Positions 1-9,507 are shown, counted from the stretch's first letter. The stretch: DNA of 64,000 nucleotides from Escherichia coli (GCF_024502345.1 NZ_JALDNN010000001.1), one strand, 5' to 3'. Numbers and translations: made by a program. The notes: generated by a model from the letters alone, not told the origin.

Positions 1-305
1 TTACTTACTAACTCGTCTGGTTGAAAAGTGAATTGATCGACATATTTTTCATTAAAGCACATGACGTTTTGCAGGCCATCGACACCAGTTACCCTAGGCT
101 GTACTGCATCGGGATTAGAACCACGGTATCTAAACGGAAGCAGGTCGCTGAGACCCTGTTCATCCCCGTTTACCGTACACTGAATCGCGCGGGAAATGGT
201 GCTTTTTCCGGTGCCGTTAGGCGCAAATTTAATATTTAGTTTTTTTTCTGCCAGAGTTATATTTGCTTTATCGATGTTATTACAGCAATTAATTTCAATT
301 TCCAT
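1..305 (-). CDS. P-loop NTPase (AAA/ABC-type, PrrC/RloC/AriA-like N-terminus); 5' part only, gene runs off the left edge
   Basis: Not in the ORF track because it has no in-window stop. The reverse complement from ATG 305-303 reads MEIEINCCNNIDKANITLAEKKLNIKFAPNGTGKSTISRAIQCTVNGDEQGLSDLLPFRYRG... and stays open to nt 1. Walker A 'APNGTGKST' lies ~30 aa from the N-terminus. Confidence 0.5.
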   Translation of the reverse strand, partial: MEIEINCCNNIDKANITLAEKKLNIKFAPNGTGKSTISRAIQCTVNGDEQGLSDLLPFRYRGSNPDAVQPRVTGVDGLQNVMCFNEKYVDQFTFQPDELVS

Positions 306-588
306 ACCTAATCCTTTACGGCAAAGACACTGAGCAGGCCCCGTATATTGCAGGCCCGATTAATTATTTAAGCTGAAGCCAGAACATATAAGCACCGTTT
401 CATTTTTGAGTAAAGCACTCCGGGATTCGCCCTTGGTACCGCAGCGCCGGAGCAGTTGTTTTATAGAGCGTATGTACGGCGCTTGTGATGTATGTCCGCT
501 TCGTGCCAAGAGCGGACATTTGCACCCTCAGTACCCGCACCAGACTAAGCCGGCTCAGCAATGTCGGCGTTGCTGATACTGACAGACG

Positions 589-1424
589 TTATGCCGTTTT
601 AAAGCGACGTTTCCGGTGTATCACCATGAGAGCGACAATTACCGCCACCGCAATTGTCGCGGTCCCCCGGAAGACGACTGATGAATCTCCTAGGATGATT
701 TCCATGAATGATGATAAAAACTGGCCGGAGAATATAGCCATAGAAAGCCAGGCAAGGTTACGTCCCCGGACGCGAGCGTGACTCTGCTCGACTGTCATAT
801 GATTCACAAGCGGCACCGACAGACCAAACCCACAACTCATTAAAACCCCGCCAGCGATGTAGAACACTACATTATCAGCGAATGAAAATATGAAATGTCC
901 GGCAGCGTAGCAGCTAAACGCCGTGTACAGATTTCCGTACTCACGTAAACGCGCTATGAGGCGCGGCATCATCGCAGCAGCCCCGACGGCGACCAGTGAG
1001 ATAAACGACAGAAAGTATCCGGTTTCTGCTGCCCCAATAGCCATGCAGCTAAACACCTGCGGAATGATGATAATGCTGGTGAAGAAGCAAATCATGGACA
1101 GCAGGGCTGCAAAAAGCACAGGCGCTAATCGAGTCGCACTCACCGATTCGCTTTCTCCGGCGTTTTCATTCATGTTTTCTGTCCCAGAGGACAATTGTTA
1201 CGGCACAAACGCCAGCTGCATAACCAGAAGAACCTAGGCAAAAAGATGAAGCAAAAACGGCCACTGCCAGCCAAGGGTTGCAAGTAATCCGCCTATAAAC
1301 AGAAAAATGACACCGCCCAGCTCAATCAACATTCCCTGCGAAGGTATCATTTTCAGGCAAGCCTGACCGCTATGAAACGAGGAAATCAATCCGGTTCCTG
1401 CTGACATGACGATGGCGGTATCTG
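589..1424 (-). pseudogene. MFS-type transporter remnant (C-terminal half), with in-frame stops and truncated by an IS
   Basis: ORF 589-1194 is a run of hydrophobic helices after a polar loop, typical of an MFS C-terminal half. The same frame continues upstream (..GMLIELGGVIFLFIGGLLATLGWQWPFLLHLFA*VLLVMQLAFVP*QL..) through TAG (1236-1234) and TAA (1200-1198). It is cut at 1424 by the IS3-family inverted repeat. Confidence 0.5.
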
Positions 1425-1442
1425 TGAATCGCCACGGATAAT

Positions 1443-1909
1443 CTAGACACTTCCGAGCCGTTGATAATACTGGTTTTCATATTCTGTCGGTGACATCTGA
1501 TCGCTAGAACCATGCCGACGCCTACTGTTATAAAACATTTCGATGTAATCAAAAATATCGCTGCGGGCTTCTTCCCGCGTTCCGTAGATCTTTTTCTTTA
1601 TCCGCTCGCGTTTCAGTAACTGGAAAAAGCTTTCTGCAACCGCGTTATCGTGGCAGTTACCACGACGGCTCATGCTGCCCTCCAGTCCGTGTGATTTCAG
1701 GAACGACTGCCACTCATGGCTTGTGTACTGACTGCCCTGATCCGAGTGAACCAGCACCTGTTTTTGGGGGTTACGCCGCCATACAGCCATCAGCAGTGCG
1801 TTCAGGACAATGTCCTTTGTCATCCGGGATTGCATTGACCAGCCGATAATTTTACGTGAGAACAGATCAACAACCACGGCAAGATACAGCCAGCCTTCGT
1901 GAGTCCTGA
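1443..1909 (-). pseudogene. IS3-family transposase OrfB, 3' exon (DDE core and C-terminus)
   Basis: Reads ..[30 protein letters not shown]...HSDQGSQYTS...GNCHDNAVAESFF.., which are integrase-core DDE motifs. It begins exactly at the intron 3' boundary. Confidence 0.85.
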
Positions 1910-1960
1910 GTAGAGTAAGAGGCAGGGCGTAGTCGGACTATTTCCCTGCCTCTCCTCCCC

Positions 1961-1994
1961 GAACCGGACGTGCACCTTTCAGCGCATCCGGCTC
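1961..1994 (-). ncRNA. Group II intron domain V (catalytic hairpin)
   Basis: The minus strand reads GAGCCGGATGCGCTGAAAGGTGCACGTCCGGTTC. This is 34 nt with an AGC triad, an AC bulge and a GAAA-type loop, near-identical in pattern to the Ll.LtrB domain V as I recall it. Confidence 0.9.
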
Positions 1995-1999
1995 TCCAT

Positions 2000-3523
2000 T
2001 TAAATGCTGGCGAACGCCATTGCCACTTCTGTAAAGCGCGATGTATACGTGTTTCTGGTCTCCGTCCTCAGATAGGGATTACCTTCGGGTAGCCGCCAGC
2101 GGAACAGCTTCTTGCCTTGCCCCACCAACCGGTACAGTATTTCGCCGCTGAGCTTGCCGTGATTGGTTTTACCAAATAAAACCCACGTTTTGCTCTGACC
2201 CGGTTTCGGTGATTTACACCACCACCTCATCAGGGAAGCGATACCTGTACGGTATTTGCGGGCCAGCCAGTGAGCCAGCTTCCAGAACACGACACGGTCG
2301 ATATAACTGAAGACTTTGGCCTTAAAATCAACGAACTGATAGAACATAGCCCAGCCTTTCAGTTTTCGGTTGAGTTGTTCAGCCATATCGACTTTGCTTT
2401 CACTGTAGTTGCCTGATAACAGTGCTGTCAGCGATGCGGCGAAGTTTCTGGCTTTCTCCTGCGGGATCGTTGAGACCACTCGCATCTCGCCATAACGACT
2501 GCGTTTGCGAATGATCCTGTGCCCCAGAAAGATAAAGCCGTCATTAACATGGGTGATTTTAGTCTTATCCATGTTCAGCCTGAGTTTCAGACTGCCTTCG
2601 AGCACACCCCGACACTCCTCCCTGATGGCTTCCGCCTGTGCTTTGGTGCCTTTGACGATGAGGACAAAATCATCGGCATAGCGGCAGTACGCCACCGCGG
2701 GTTTCCACTGCCAGTTTTCTCTGACCGCCGTACTTCGGCCCCGTTGGATACTGTTATTCCAGTACCACCGATCTTTTCTGGCTTTCCCGCTCAGGTAGCG
2801 CTCATGCAGGTATTGATCGAACTCATTCAGCATGATGTTCGATAATAGCGGCGATATAACACCGCCCTGTGGCACACCTTCACTGGCCGCCCGAAAGAGA
2901 CCGACATCGATATGTCCCGCCTTGATGGTTTTCCACAGCAGAGTCATGAAACGTGCGTCACTGATCCTGCGGCGTACAGCCTTCATCAGCAGTCGATGAT
3001 GTACGGTGTCGAAGTAACTGGACAGGTCGCCTTCAATCACCCAGCGTCCCCGGGTTTCACCACAGTCTGTGAGCTGTAATTTCACCGTGCGGATCGCGTG
3101 GTGGACACTGCGCTCAGGCCGGAAGCCATATGAGAGCGTATGAAAATCACTCTCCCATATCGGCTCCATCGCCATCAGCATGGCCCGCTGAACAATACGA
3201 TCCCGCAACGCGGGGATACCCAGTGGTCGCAGTTTGCCGTTGCTTTTAGGGATGTAAACCCGTCTGGCGGGCAAGGGCTGGTAGTGGCCTGAGAGTAATT
3301 CATCCCTGAGGATTTGCAGCTCAACAGCCAGTCTGGCCTGTAGCATTGTTTTGTTCACGCCATCAACGCCGGGGGTATGGGCCCCCTTTGATGAAAGCGT
3401 GATCCGCGCCGCTTCAGCCAGCCATTCTGGTTGTGTTATCAGACGCAGCAGCCGTTGAATCCGTAGGGACGGATCGGTGGCTGCCCATGTGGCAAGCTTG
3501 CGTTGCATTTCGCTGATTATCAA
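2000..3523 (-). CDS. Group II intron reverse transcriptase/maturase (IEP)
   Basis: 507-aa ORF with RT motifs LRPLGIPALRDRIVQ, GVPQGGVISPLLSN and RYADDFVLIV (YADD), plus a maturase-like KLKGWAMFYQF region. It is embedded in the intron between the 5' ribozyme domains and domain V. Confidence 0.92.
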   Translation of the reverse strand: MIISEMQRKLATWAATDPSLRIQRLLRLITQPEWLAEAARITLSSKGAHTPGVDGVNKTMLQARLAVELQILRDELLSGHYQPLPARRVYIPKSNGKLRPLGIPALRDRIVQRAMLMAMEPIWESDFHTLSYGFRPERSVHHAIRTVKLQLTDCGETRGRWVIEGDLSSYFDTVHHRLLMKAVRRRISDARFMTLLWKTIKAGHIDVGLFRAASEGVPQGGVISPLLSNIMLNEFDQYLHERYLSGKARKDRWYWNNSIQRGRSTAVRENWQWKPAVAYCRYADDFVLIVKGTKAQAEAIREECRGVLEGSLKLRLNMDKTKITHVNDGFIFLGHRIIRKRSRYGEMRVVSTIPQEKARNFAASLTALLSGNYSESKVDMAEQLNRKLKGWAMFYQFVDFKAKVFSYIDRVVFWKLAHWLARKYRTGIASLMRWWCKSPKPGQSKTWVLFGKTNHGKLSGEILYRLVGQGKKLFRWRLPEGNPYLRTETRNTYTSRFTEVAMAFASI

Positions 3524-4179
3524 AGGTCTTCACCTCGTTAGGTCAGTTAATTCACGTCGCAAACACATTCAAACTGCTTCCCTTCGCCATGTAATGGGCT
3601 TTCCCCATCGCGGACTACTACGGAAGCTCCGCCAGCCAGCGCGTCATCGGAGCCATGCCCCCTTAACATCCGTCGCTGACCTTCCCCGGTTTACCTGCCT
3701 GGACTCAGGCATACTGAGGAGGCTGCCCGTCGCACTCTTTATCCTTGCTTGCCGCAAGTTGGCAGAAGTCAGCAACGCAAGCGTGATAGACGCTGCTGCC
3801 CCGGTGTTTCGCATACATGTCAAAACACCTTCGACCGGCAGTGCTTACGTATCACTGCCAGTTCCTCCTGCACGGCCTGTCAGATCACGTAGGCCGTGGT
3901 GACGTTTTCAACCCACAGAGGCGGATTAACGGGTTCATGTTCTTCAGCCTTTCAGTACTTAACCTTGAGGATCATCTCGGCTTAGTGATCTCGCCTCAAT
4001 CCCCGTTGTCAGCGGGTTACATCACCCTGCGGGCATGCCGCAGGTCACTGCCGCTCAGGTTCTCCACCGTCACACCCGGTGGGATTGTTGGGTTTCTCAT
4101 CGTGAGTTACCGGTTCAATATTCCAGACAGACTCGCGGTTCATTTAAGCATCCATGCCCGCCCTGAACTCCGGGCACAC

Positions 4180-4611
4180 TGTAGGTTATGTCCGTTACCC
4201 AACGCTCATCCGGAGCATCCGGATTGAACTGTCGCTGGAGCCTGTTGGGCGACACAATACTGGCCTCGCCTTTACGTGCCCGCGGGCTCCGGTATCCGAC
4301 CTGAGCCTTTATCCCGACACGTTTCATCAGTCGCCAGACTCTGTTGACTCCGCACTGTTGCCCGCTATCCCGCAGATCCAGATGGATCTTGCGATAACCA
4401 TAGACACATCCCGATTCCAGCCAGAACTGTTTAATCTGTCCTGTCAGTCTCAGGTCTACCTGATGGCGTTGTGAATGCGGCTGCTGAAGCCAGGAGTAAA
4501 AGCCACTGGGATGAACATCCAGCACCCTACAAAGCAGGCGAACAGGCCAGAAACAGGTGTTGTCGCGGATAAAGGCGTACCTCAGTCGGACAGTTTTGCG
4601 AAGTACGCCGC
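4180..4611 (-). pseudogene. IS3-family transposase OrfB, 5' exon (between the IS30 insertion and the intron)
   Basis: Reads LRYAFIRDNTCFWPVRLLCRVLDVHPSGFYSWLQQPHS...ERWVTDITY on the minus strand and ends at the intron 5' splice site. Confidence 0.8.
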
Positions 4612-5832
4612 TGTAGATTCAATTGGTCAACGCAACAGTTATGTGAAAACATGGGGTTGCGGAGGTTTTTTGAATGAGACGAACATTTACAGCAGAGGAA
4701 AAAGCCTCTGTTTTTGAACTATGGAAGAACGGAACAGGCTTCAGTGAAATAGCGAATATCCTGGGTTCAAAACCCGGAACGATCTTCACTATGTTAAGGG
4801 ATACTGGCGGCATAAAACCCCATGAGCGTAAGCGGGCTGTAGCTCACCTGACACTGTCTGAGCGCGAGGAGATACGAGCTGGTTTGTCAGCCAAAATGAG
4901 CATTCGTGCGATAGCTACTGCGCTGAATCGCAGTCCTTCGACGATCTCACGTGAAGTTCAGCGTAATCGGGGCAGACGCTATTACAAAGCTGTTGATGCT
5001 AATAACCGAGCCAACAGAATGGCGAAAAGGCCAAAACCGTGCTTACTGGATCAAAATTTACCATTGCGAAAGCTTGTTCTGGAAAAGCTGGAGATGAAAT
5101 GGTCTCCAGAGCAAATATCAGGATGGTTAAGGCGAACAAAACCACGTCAAAAAACGCTGCGAATATCACCTGAGACAATTTATAAAACGCTGTACTTTCG
5201 TAGCCGTGAAGCGCTACACCACCTGAATATACAGCATCTGCGACGGTCGCATAGCCTTCGCCATGGCAGGCGTCATACCCGCAAAGGCGAAAGAGGTACG
5301 ATTAACATAGTGAACGGAACACCAATTCACGAACGTTCCCGAAATATCGATAACAGACGCTCTCTGGGGCATTGGGAGGGCGATTTAGTCTCAGGTACAA
5401 AAAACTCTCATATAGCCACACTTGTAGACCGAAAATCACGTTATACGATCATCCTTAGACTCAGGGGCAAAGATTCTGTCTCAGTAAATCAGGCTCTTAC
5501 CGACAAATTCCTGAGTTTACCGTCAGAACTCAGAAAATCACTGACATGGGACAGAGGAATGGAACTGGCCAGACATCTAGAATTTACTGTCAGCACCGGC
5601 GTTAAAGTTTACTTCTGCGATCCTCAGAGTCCTTGGCAGCGGGGAACAAATGAGAACACAAATGGGCTAATTCGGCAGTACTTTCCTAAAAAGACATGTC
5701 TTGCCCAATATACTCAACATGAACTAGATCTGGTTGCTGCTCAGCTAAACAACAGACCGAGAAAGACACTGAAGTTCAAAACACCGAAAGAGATAATTGA
5801 AAGGGGTGTTGCATTGACAGATTGAATCTACA
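4612..5832 (+). mobile_element. IS30 (1221 bp) with a 2-bp GC target duplication
   Basis: Ends are TGTAGATTCAATTGGTCAACGCAAC... and ...GTTGCATTGACAGATTGAATCTACA, which are inverted repeats. 'gc' at 4610-4611 is repeated at 5833-5834. The length is exactly 1221 bp. Confidence 0.95.
4674..5825 (+). CDS. insI: IS30 transposase
   Basis: The 383-aa ORF MRRTFTAEEKASVFELWKNGTGFSEIANILG... matches my recollection of IS30 InsI along its length. Confidence 0.95.
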   Translation: MRRTFTAEEKASVFELWKNGTGFSEIANILGSKPGTIFTMLRDTGGIKPHERKRAVAHLTLSEREEIRAGLSAKMSIRAIATALNRSPSTISREVQRNRGRRYYKAVDANNRANRMAKRPKPCLLDQNLPLRKLVLEKLEMKWSPEQISGWLRRTKPRQKTLRISPETIYKTLYFRSREALHHLNIQHLRRSHSLRHGRRHTRKGERGTINIVNGTPIHERSRNIDNRRSLGHWEGDLVSGTKNSHIATLVDRKSRYTIILRLRGKDSVSVNQALTDKFLSLPSELRKSLTWDRGMELARHLEFTVSTGVKVYFCDPQSPWQRGTNENTNGLIRQYFPKKTCLAQYTQHELDLVAAQLNNRPRKTLKFKTPKEIIERGVALTD

Positions 5833-6089
5833 GCGGCTTTTTTTAATATGTCCCGTTCGTCGGTAACCCGCTTCAGCTCTTTCTGAAGGCGGCGGATCTC
5901 GGTCTGAGCATCTGACTGTTCTTTATTAGTGGAAGAATCCGGGCCGTACTTCTTTATCCAGGCGTAAAGGCTGTGGGTGGTGATATCGAGACGTGTTGCA
6001 ACGCTGGCAACAGAATAACCGCGATCAACAACCTGTTTGACTGCTTCAATTTTAAACTCTTCGGGATAACGCTTACCGCTCATGGGCAC
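5833..6089 (-). pseudogene. IS3-family OrfA (HTH), 3' end displaced by the IS30 insertion
   Basis: Reads MSGKRYPEEFKIEAVKQVVDRGYSVASVATRLDITTHSLYAWIKKYG...RVTDERDILKKAA up to the IS30 junction. The natural continuation AYFAKLSD* lies at 4609-4583. Confidence 0.85.
5837..5846 (-). promoter_or_regulatory. Programmed -1 ribosomal frameshift slippery site of the IS3-family element (TTAAAAAAAG)
   Basis: The plus strand 'cttttttt aa' corresponds to minus-strand A AAA AAG within ILKKAA at the orfA/orfB overlap. This is the classic IS3-family motif, and it lies 3 nt from the IS30 insertion point. Confidence 0.7.
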
Positions 6090-6317
6090 CTCTCTTTAAG
6101 CCATCTTAAATGACTCTGAGGTGTCTGTTAAACCCGTGGCGATTCAAGAAGGTTGAATATGATTCCCGACTCATTAATGGAACGCTGCATGATGTTATGC
6201 ATTACGGGTTGACATTACGATGTGACGGGCCGGGTTAGCTGTATGGAGCCTGTACACAAGTTTGTGTAATTGCCTGATTTTGATATGTTCAATTCAACAT
6301 CAAAAGCAGGTTACTTT

Positions 6318-6727
6318 ATGGACGAAAAACAGTTGTAGGCTCTGGCTAACGAACTGACCAAAAATCTCAAAACCCCTGACGATCTCAACCAGTTCGATCG
6401 CCTGCTGAAAAAAATCAACGTTGAGCGCCGCCTCAACGCCGAAATGCTCCATCACCTCGGCTACGGTAAACATCAGTCTAAACCGGGTGCCAACTCCCGC
6501 AACGGCTATTTCACAAAAACCGTTACCACCGGCGATGGCCCGCTGGAACTGCGTACGCCGTGCGATCGTGACGGCTCCTTCGAGCCCCAACTGGTGAAGA
6601 AAAACCAGACCCGGATCACCGGGATGGATAACCAAATCCTGTCACTGTACGCCAAAGGGATGACCACCCGTGAGATAGTGGCTGCGTTCAAAGAGTTGTA
6701 TGACGCGGATGTCTCACCGACGCTGGT
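6318..6727 (+). pseudogene. IS256-family transposase, N-terminal fragment
   Basis: Reads MDEKQL*ALANELTKNLKTPDDLNQFDRLLKK...HHLGYGKHQ...FEPQLVKKNQTRITGMDNQILSLYAKGMTTREIVAAFKELYDADVSPTL. There is an in-frame TAG at 6336-6338, and homology stops abruptly near 6727. Confidence 0.8.
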
Positions 6728-7030
6728 AGTCCTTCATGCTCCGGAAGGTCAGACTGATGTTGTCTTCACTGCCATCATCAGCAAGCGTGTTTTTAACGGT
6801 AAGATTGACTTTTGGGGAATATTCAGAAATGACAGAATCACAATTATTTTTATTCAAATCAACTTTTTTGCGCTCAGACAAGGGGCAGACTCCTGACCAT
6901 TACTGAAGTCGCCCGCCACGAGCAATTTCAGGGGGAGCTCCGTTTTCTTGCTCGCACCACCGGTATGCAAATCAAGTTTTAAATTAATACGCGCTTTAGG
7001 GATTTCGGACTGAAAGGAAGAATTAGACAT
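6725..7030 (-). pseudogene. tssB: Type VI secretion sheath small subunit TssB (VipA/ImpB) remnant, frameshifted and truncated
   Basis: From ATG 7030-7028 it reads MSNSSFQSEIPKARINLKLDLHTGGASKKTELPLKLLVAGDFS.. A +1 shift near 6880 continues PLSERKKVDLNKNNCDSVISEYSPKVNLTVKNTLADDGSEDNISLTFRSMKDYQ. It is cut at the IS256 fragment. Confidence 0.7.
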
Positions 7031-7766
7031 GGCTGTCCCTGTTCTATGGAGTGATAGAAACGGTCAATGCCAGTGAAAAATAAATAAGAAAAAATTACCC
7101 AGCCAGAACAACTTTCCGGTTCGCGTCATCCGACGTAAATAAAAATCCCGGAACCAAAAAAAGCGGGCGCATTCCATCCACCAGCATGTCGACACTGTAT
7201 TTTCTGGGTATTTGTCTGAAATGAAAAATTTCGGATAAGGCCCAATGGCTGGAGTTTGGGAACGTTCCCTGCCAGATCGAAAATGAAAAAATGTAACAAA
7301 GATTTACATTCCTGGCTTTTAACAAAAAAAATATCATCTTTCTGATTTATAAAAATTTTACACCATAACCCTTCAGGCCCCGCGGGATAAGGATGTACAG
7401 AAAATGATCAATTTGGCTTAGGGTGTATATTTGTACAAAATATCACCAGTCACGTGAAATATCTGATTTTGTACTTTTATCAGAAATTGAGAAGCTGGAC
7501 GTGACTGAGCATGTGAAAAACTGGCGACAGTTTCAGGTTTCCATCATTTCTTATTATTCACGTAAACCGGGCTTATTTATTTTTTTTCAGATTAAAGGAA
7601 TTGCAACGCCCGGACTTTACGCATATCTCATACCTGTACCAGCGATATGAATATCTCAGCCGCCGGTGCATTAGCGCGACCAGGAACAACACCCGTTCGG
7701 TTTACAGAAAGACAGACGTGGACAGTGATGAGCTTTGCTGCGGGTTGAGAACGGTTGTTTTACTGC

Positions 7767-8372
7767 TCAAGGTTGTAACACGATCCGATTCGACTCCAGC
7801 ATGACAGCCGACAGTGTATGAGCCGCAAAAACAGCCATACAGGCTGACAAGTCGCCATTCACAAGAAACTCAACCGGCGCAACGAGTTTCCCTCCATCCG
7901 AAAATCCGCAGGTCAGTGCCGACTTCCTTACCAGCAGTGCATTCGCATCGCTGTATTCCAGGGCCAGAAGCGTTTCATTGTCCCAGTCCCTGTCACTCAC
8001 CGCTGCATTGACCCAGCCCCGCGATTTAAGCTGTTCAATTGCGTACGTCAGCCGATACAAATCCGACTGCGCTGACACCGGTCCGGTGCACGAAGACCAC
8101 AGATATTCCAGACGACTGAATAAGCTGGCGGCAAGGCCTTTGTTACGCCCCAGCGTCAGCAATCCCTCAATATCAGATGCGATTGCACGTGGAAACCGTT
8201 TTTGCTTATACGCCACCGTTAACCAGCGCAGTATAAATGCATGCGTGCTGAGTGGCGACAATGCCTGACCATCCTGCTGAGCGGTACGTAAGGCGACAAG
8301 GGCGCACCAGGCGAAATGCGCAAGTGCTGTGACGGTTTGTTCCGGGGGTAAGGTATCGTGAGCTTTTTTCAT
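7767..8372 (-). CDS. Hypothetical protein (201 aa), last gene of the module-A head operon
   Basis: Long ORF co-oriented with and 76 nt downstream of a YfjJ-like gene. I recognise no motif. Confidence 0.45.
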   Translation of the reverse strand: MKKAHDTLPPEQTVTALAHFAWCALVALRTAQQDGQALSPLSTHAFILRWLTVAYKQKRFPRAIASDIEGLLTLGRNKGLAASLFSRLEYLWSSCTGPVSAQSDLYRLTYAIEQLKSRGWVNAAVSDRDWDNETLLALEYSDANALLVRKSALTCGFSDGGKLVAPVEFLVNGDLSACMAVFAAHTLSAVMLESNRIVLQP

Positions 8373-8448
8373 TCAGGGATTATATCGGCGCTGCAGACAC
8401 CGGGGAAGACCTGGATAACTCCCCCATTAATTAGAGAAGCTATTACTT

Positions 8449-9015
8449 TCACGGACAAATCATCCCCGTTCTGGCCGTTGCTATTGGCTCTGACATGGCC
8501 TTAACATGCACGGTAAGCTGGTTAAAGGGTGTTGCGAAGACTCCCTGAGCGACGCGGTTAATAATGATCTGCGTCATACTCGTTACACCGTCAGTGCAGG
8601 CGGTACCGGTCACCTTTTGCCATGCGTCGGCGATGATGGCGTTAAGCCCCGGAGGCGCACTGTCGGTCAGTTGCAGGTTTCGCCCTGTACCCAGCGTATC
8701 GAGATTGAGCAGCAGCACCATTTTGCACTCCGGTGCGCTGGCCGTCTCCCATATCCAGCGTAACAGCGTCGGGAGTGAACGATGTCGTGCCTGCTGACGC
8801 TGGCGCGAATATTCGCCGGTGCGCTGCCAGACTTCAGAGTGAAAACGCAGAATCAATGACCGGTATTCGCTCATGGCTTCACGATACGGTAGCGCCAGCG
8901 TAAAGCTGAATGCCGCCAGTCGCGGGTAATGGTCAACGGCCTGTTGCAGAAATGCACGCGTGCTGACGGCATCCGCGCTGACAGCATCAGACGCCCGTAT
9001 GTAAGAATGATTCAT
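8449..9015 (-). CDS. YfjJ/YagK-family (inovirus Gp2-like) protein, divergent subtype
   Basis: Carries FLQQAVDHYPRLAAFSFTLALP...LLRWIWETAS...MVLLLNLDTL and is paralogous to 30146-30688. Confidence 0.65.
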   Translation of the reverse strand: MNHSYIRASDAVSADAVSTRAFLQQAVDHYPRLAAFSFTLALPYREAMSEYRSLILRFHSEVWQRTGEYSRQRQQARHRSLPTLLRWIWETASAPECKMVLLLNLDTLGTGRNLQLTDSAPPGLNAIIADAWQKVTGTACTDGVTSMTQIIINRVAQGVFATPFNQLTVHVKAMSEPIATARTGMICP

Positions 9016-9090
9016 AATGCAGACTCTCTTTAGGTTAAATCAGGGAGGACACCGCCTCTACGGCGGTATCTGGTTCATAAAGACGGGGAA

Positions 9091-9507
9091 CTATCTGGTA
9101 CTGCAGCAGTAGTTTCTCTGCCAGTGCGCTTCTTCGATGCTGTAGATACCAGTCAGACACCGGGGACAGTGCTTCACGCCCTGGTAATGGTCGCCGCACC
9201 ACACGCAGTACCAGGAGAGCACCATTACCGTCGCTTCCAGCCCGTTGATGAGACTGCGCAGCTTTCGGTGCCGGGCTTCGGTTTTCACTTCCGGGTCAAG
9301 GTGGGCGCAGGCCATCAGCACATGCCGGGCCACGCTCTGCTGGTCATGTTCAAACCACGGCGGCTCCCCGTATGTCCCCGCATGGAGCACCAGTCGACAG
9401 CCGCAGGACGCGCAGCTCCATATCTGCCCCGGCGCACTCACGGCCTCCCCGGCTGTCGCGAAGTGGCCTTCGCGGTCATTGGCCAGATAACATTTCAGCA
9501 TGCGCAT
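9091..9507 (-). CDS. Cys-rich double zinc-ribbon protein (paralog 2)
   Basis: Carries WSCASCGCRLVLH..PPWFEHD in the N-terminal part and WYCVWCGDHYQG..HCPRCLTG in the C-terminal part. It has the same layout as the upstream gene and overlaps it by 13 nt. Confidence 0.6.
   Translation of the reverse strand: MRMLKCYLANDREGHFATAGEAVSAPGQIWSCASCGCRLVLHAGTYGEPPWFEHDQQSVARHVLMACAHLDPEVKTEARHRKLRSLINGLEATVMVLSWYCVWCGDHYQGVKHCPRCLTGIYSIEEAHWQRNYCCSTR

Larger units (their letters stand above)
1910..4179 (-). mobile_element. Complete bacterial group II intron (ribozyme plus intron-encoded RT/maturase) inserted in IS3-family orfB
   Basis: The minus-strand 5' end is GTGTGCCCGG (GUGYG consensus, first G = nt 4179). 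The 3' end is ..CTCTAC (AY, last nt = 1910). A canonical domain V lies at 1994-1961. Excising 1910-4179 joins ..[16 protein letters not shown].. in frame. Confidence 0.9.
1425..6146 (-). mobile_element. IS3-family insertion sequence (ISEhe3-like by recollection), interrupted by a group II intron and an IS30
   Basis: Terminal IRs are TGAATCGCCACGGATAATCTAGACACTTC (from 1425) and TGAATCGCCACGGGTTTAACAGACACCTC (reverse complement, ending 6146). It has orfA/orfB with an A-run slippery site. Subtracting the intron (2270 bp) and IS30 plus TSD (1223 bp) leaves 1229 bp, a normal IS3-family size. The flanks (ctg / aga) are not a target duplication. Confidence 0.8.

Noticed and set aside
589-1424. The MFS remnant as shiF of an aerobactin (SHI-2/SHI-3-type) island
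   Set aside because: This was only a positional hunch. The downstream gene (1-305) is a P-loop ATPase, not iucA, and no iuc or iut sequence is visible, so the idea has no support.
2000-3523. The reverse transcriptase as a retron or DRT-type defence RT
   Set aside because: It is flanked by group II ribozyme hallmarks (5' GUGUG, domain V, 3' AY), and in-silico splicing restores the host transposase frame. It is therefore an intron-encoded protein, not a defence RT.
3477-4227. ORFs of 141 and 136 aa on the plus strand
   Set aside because: They lie antisense within the 5' ribozyme domains of the group II intron, and no coding signal is expected there.
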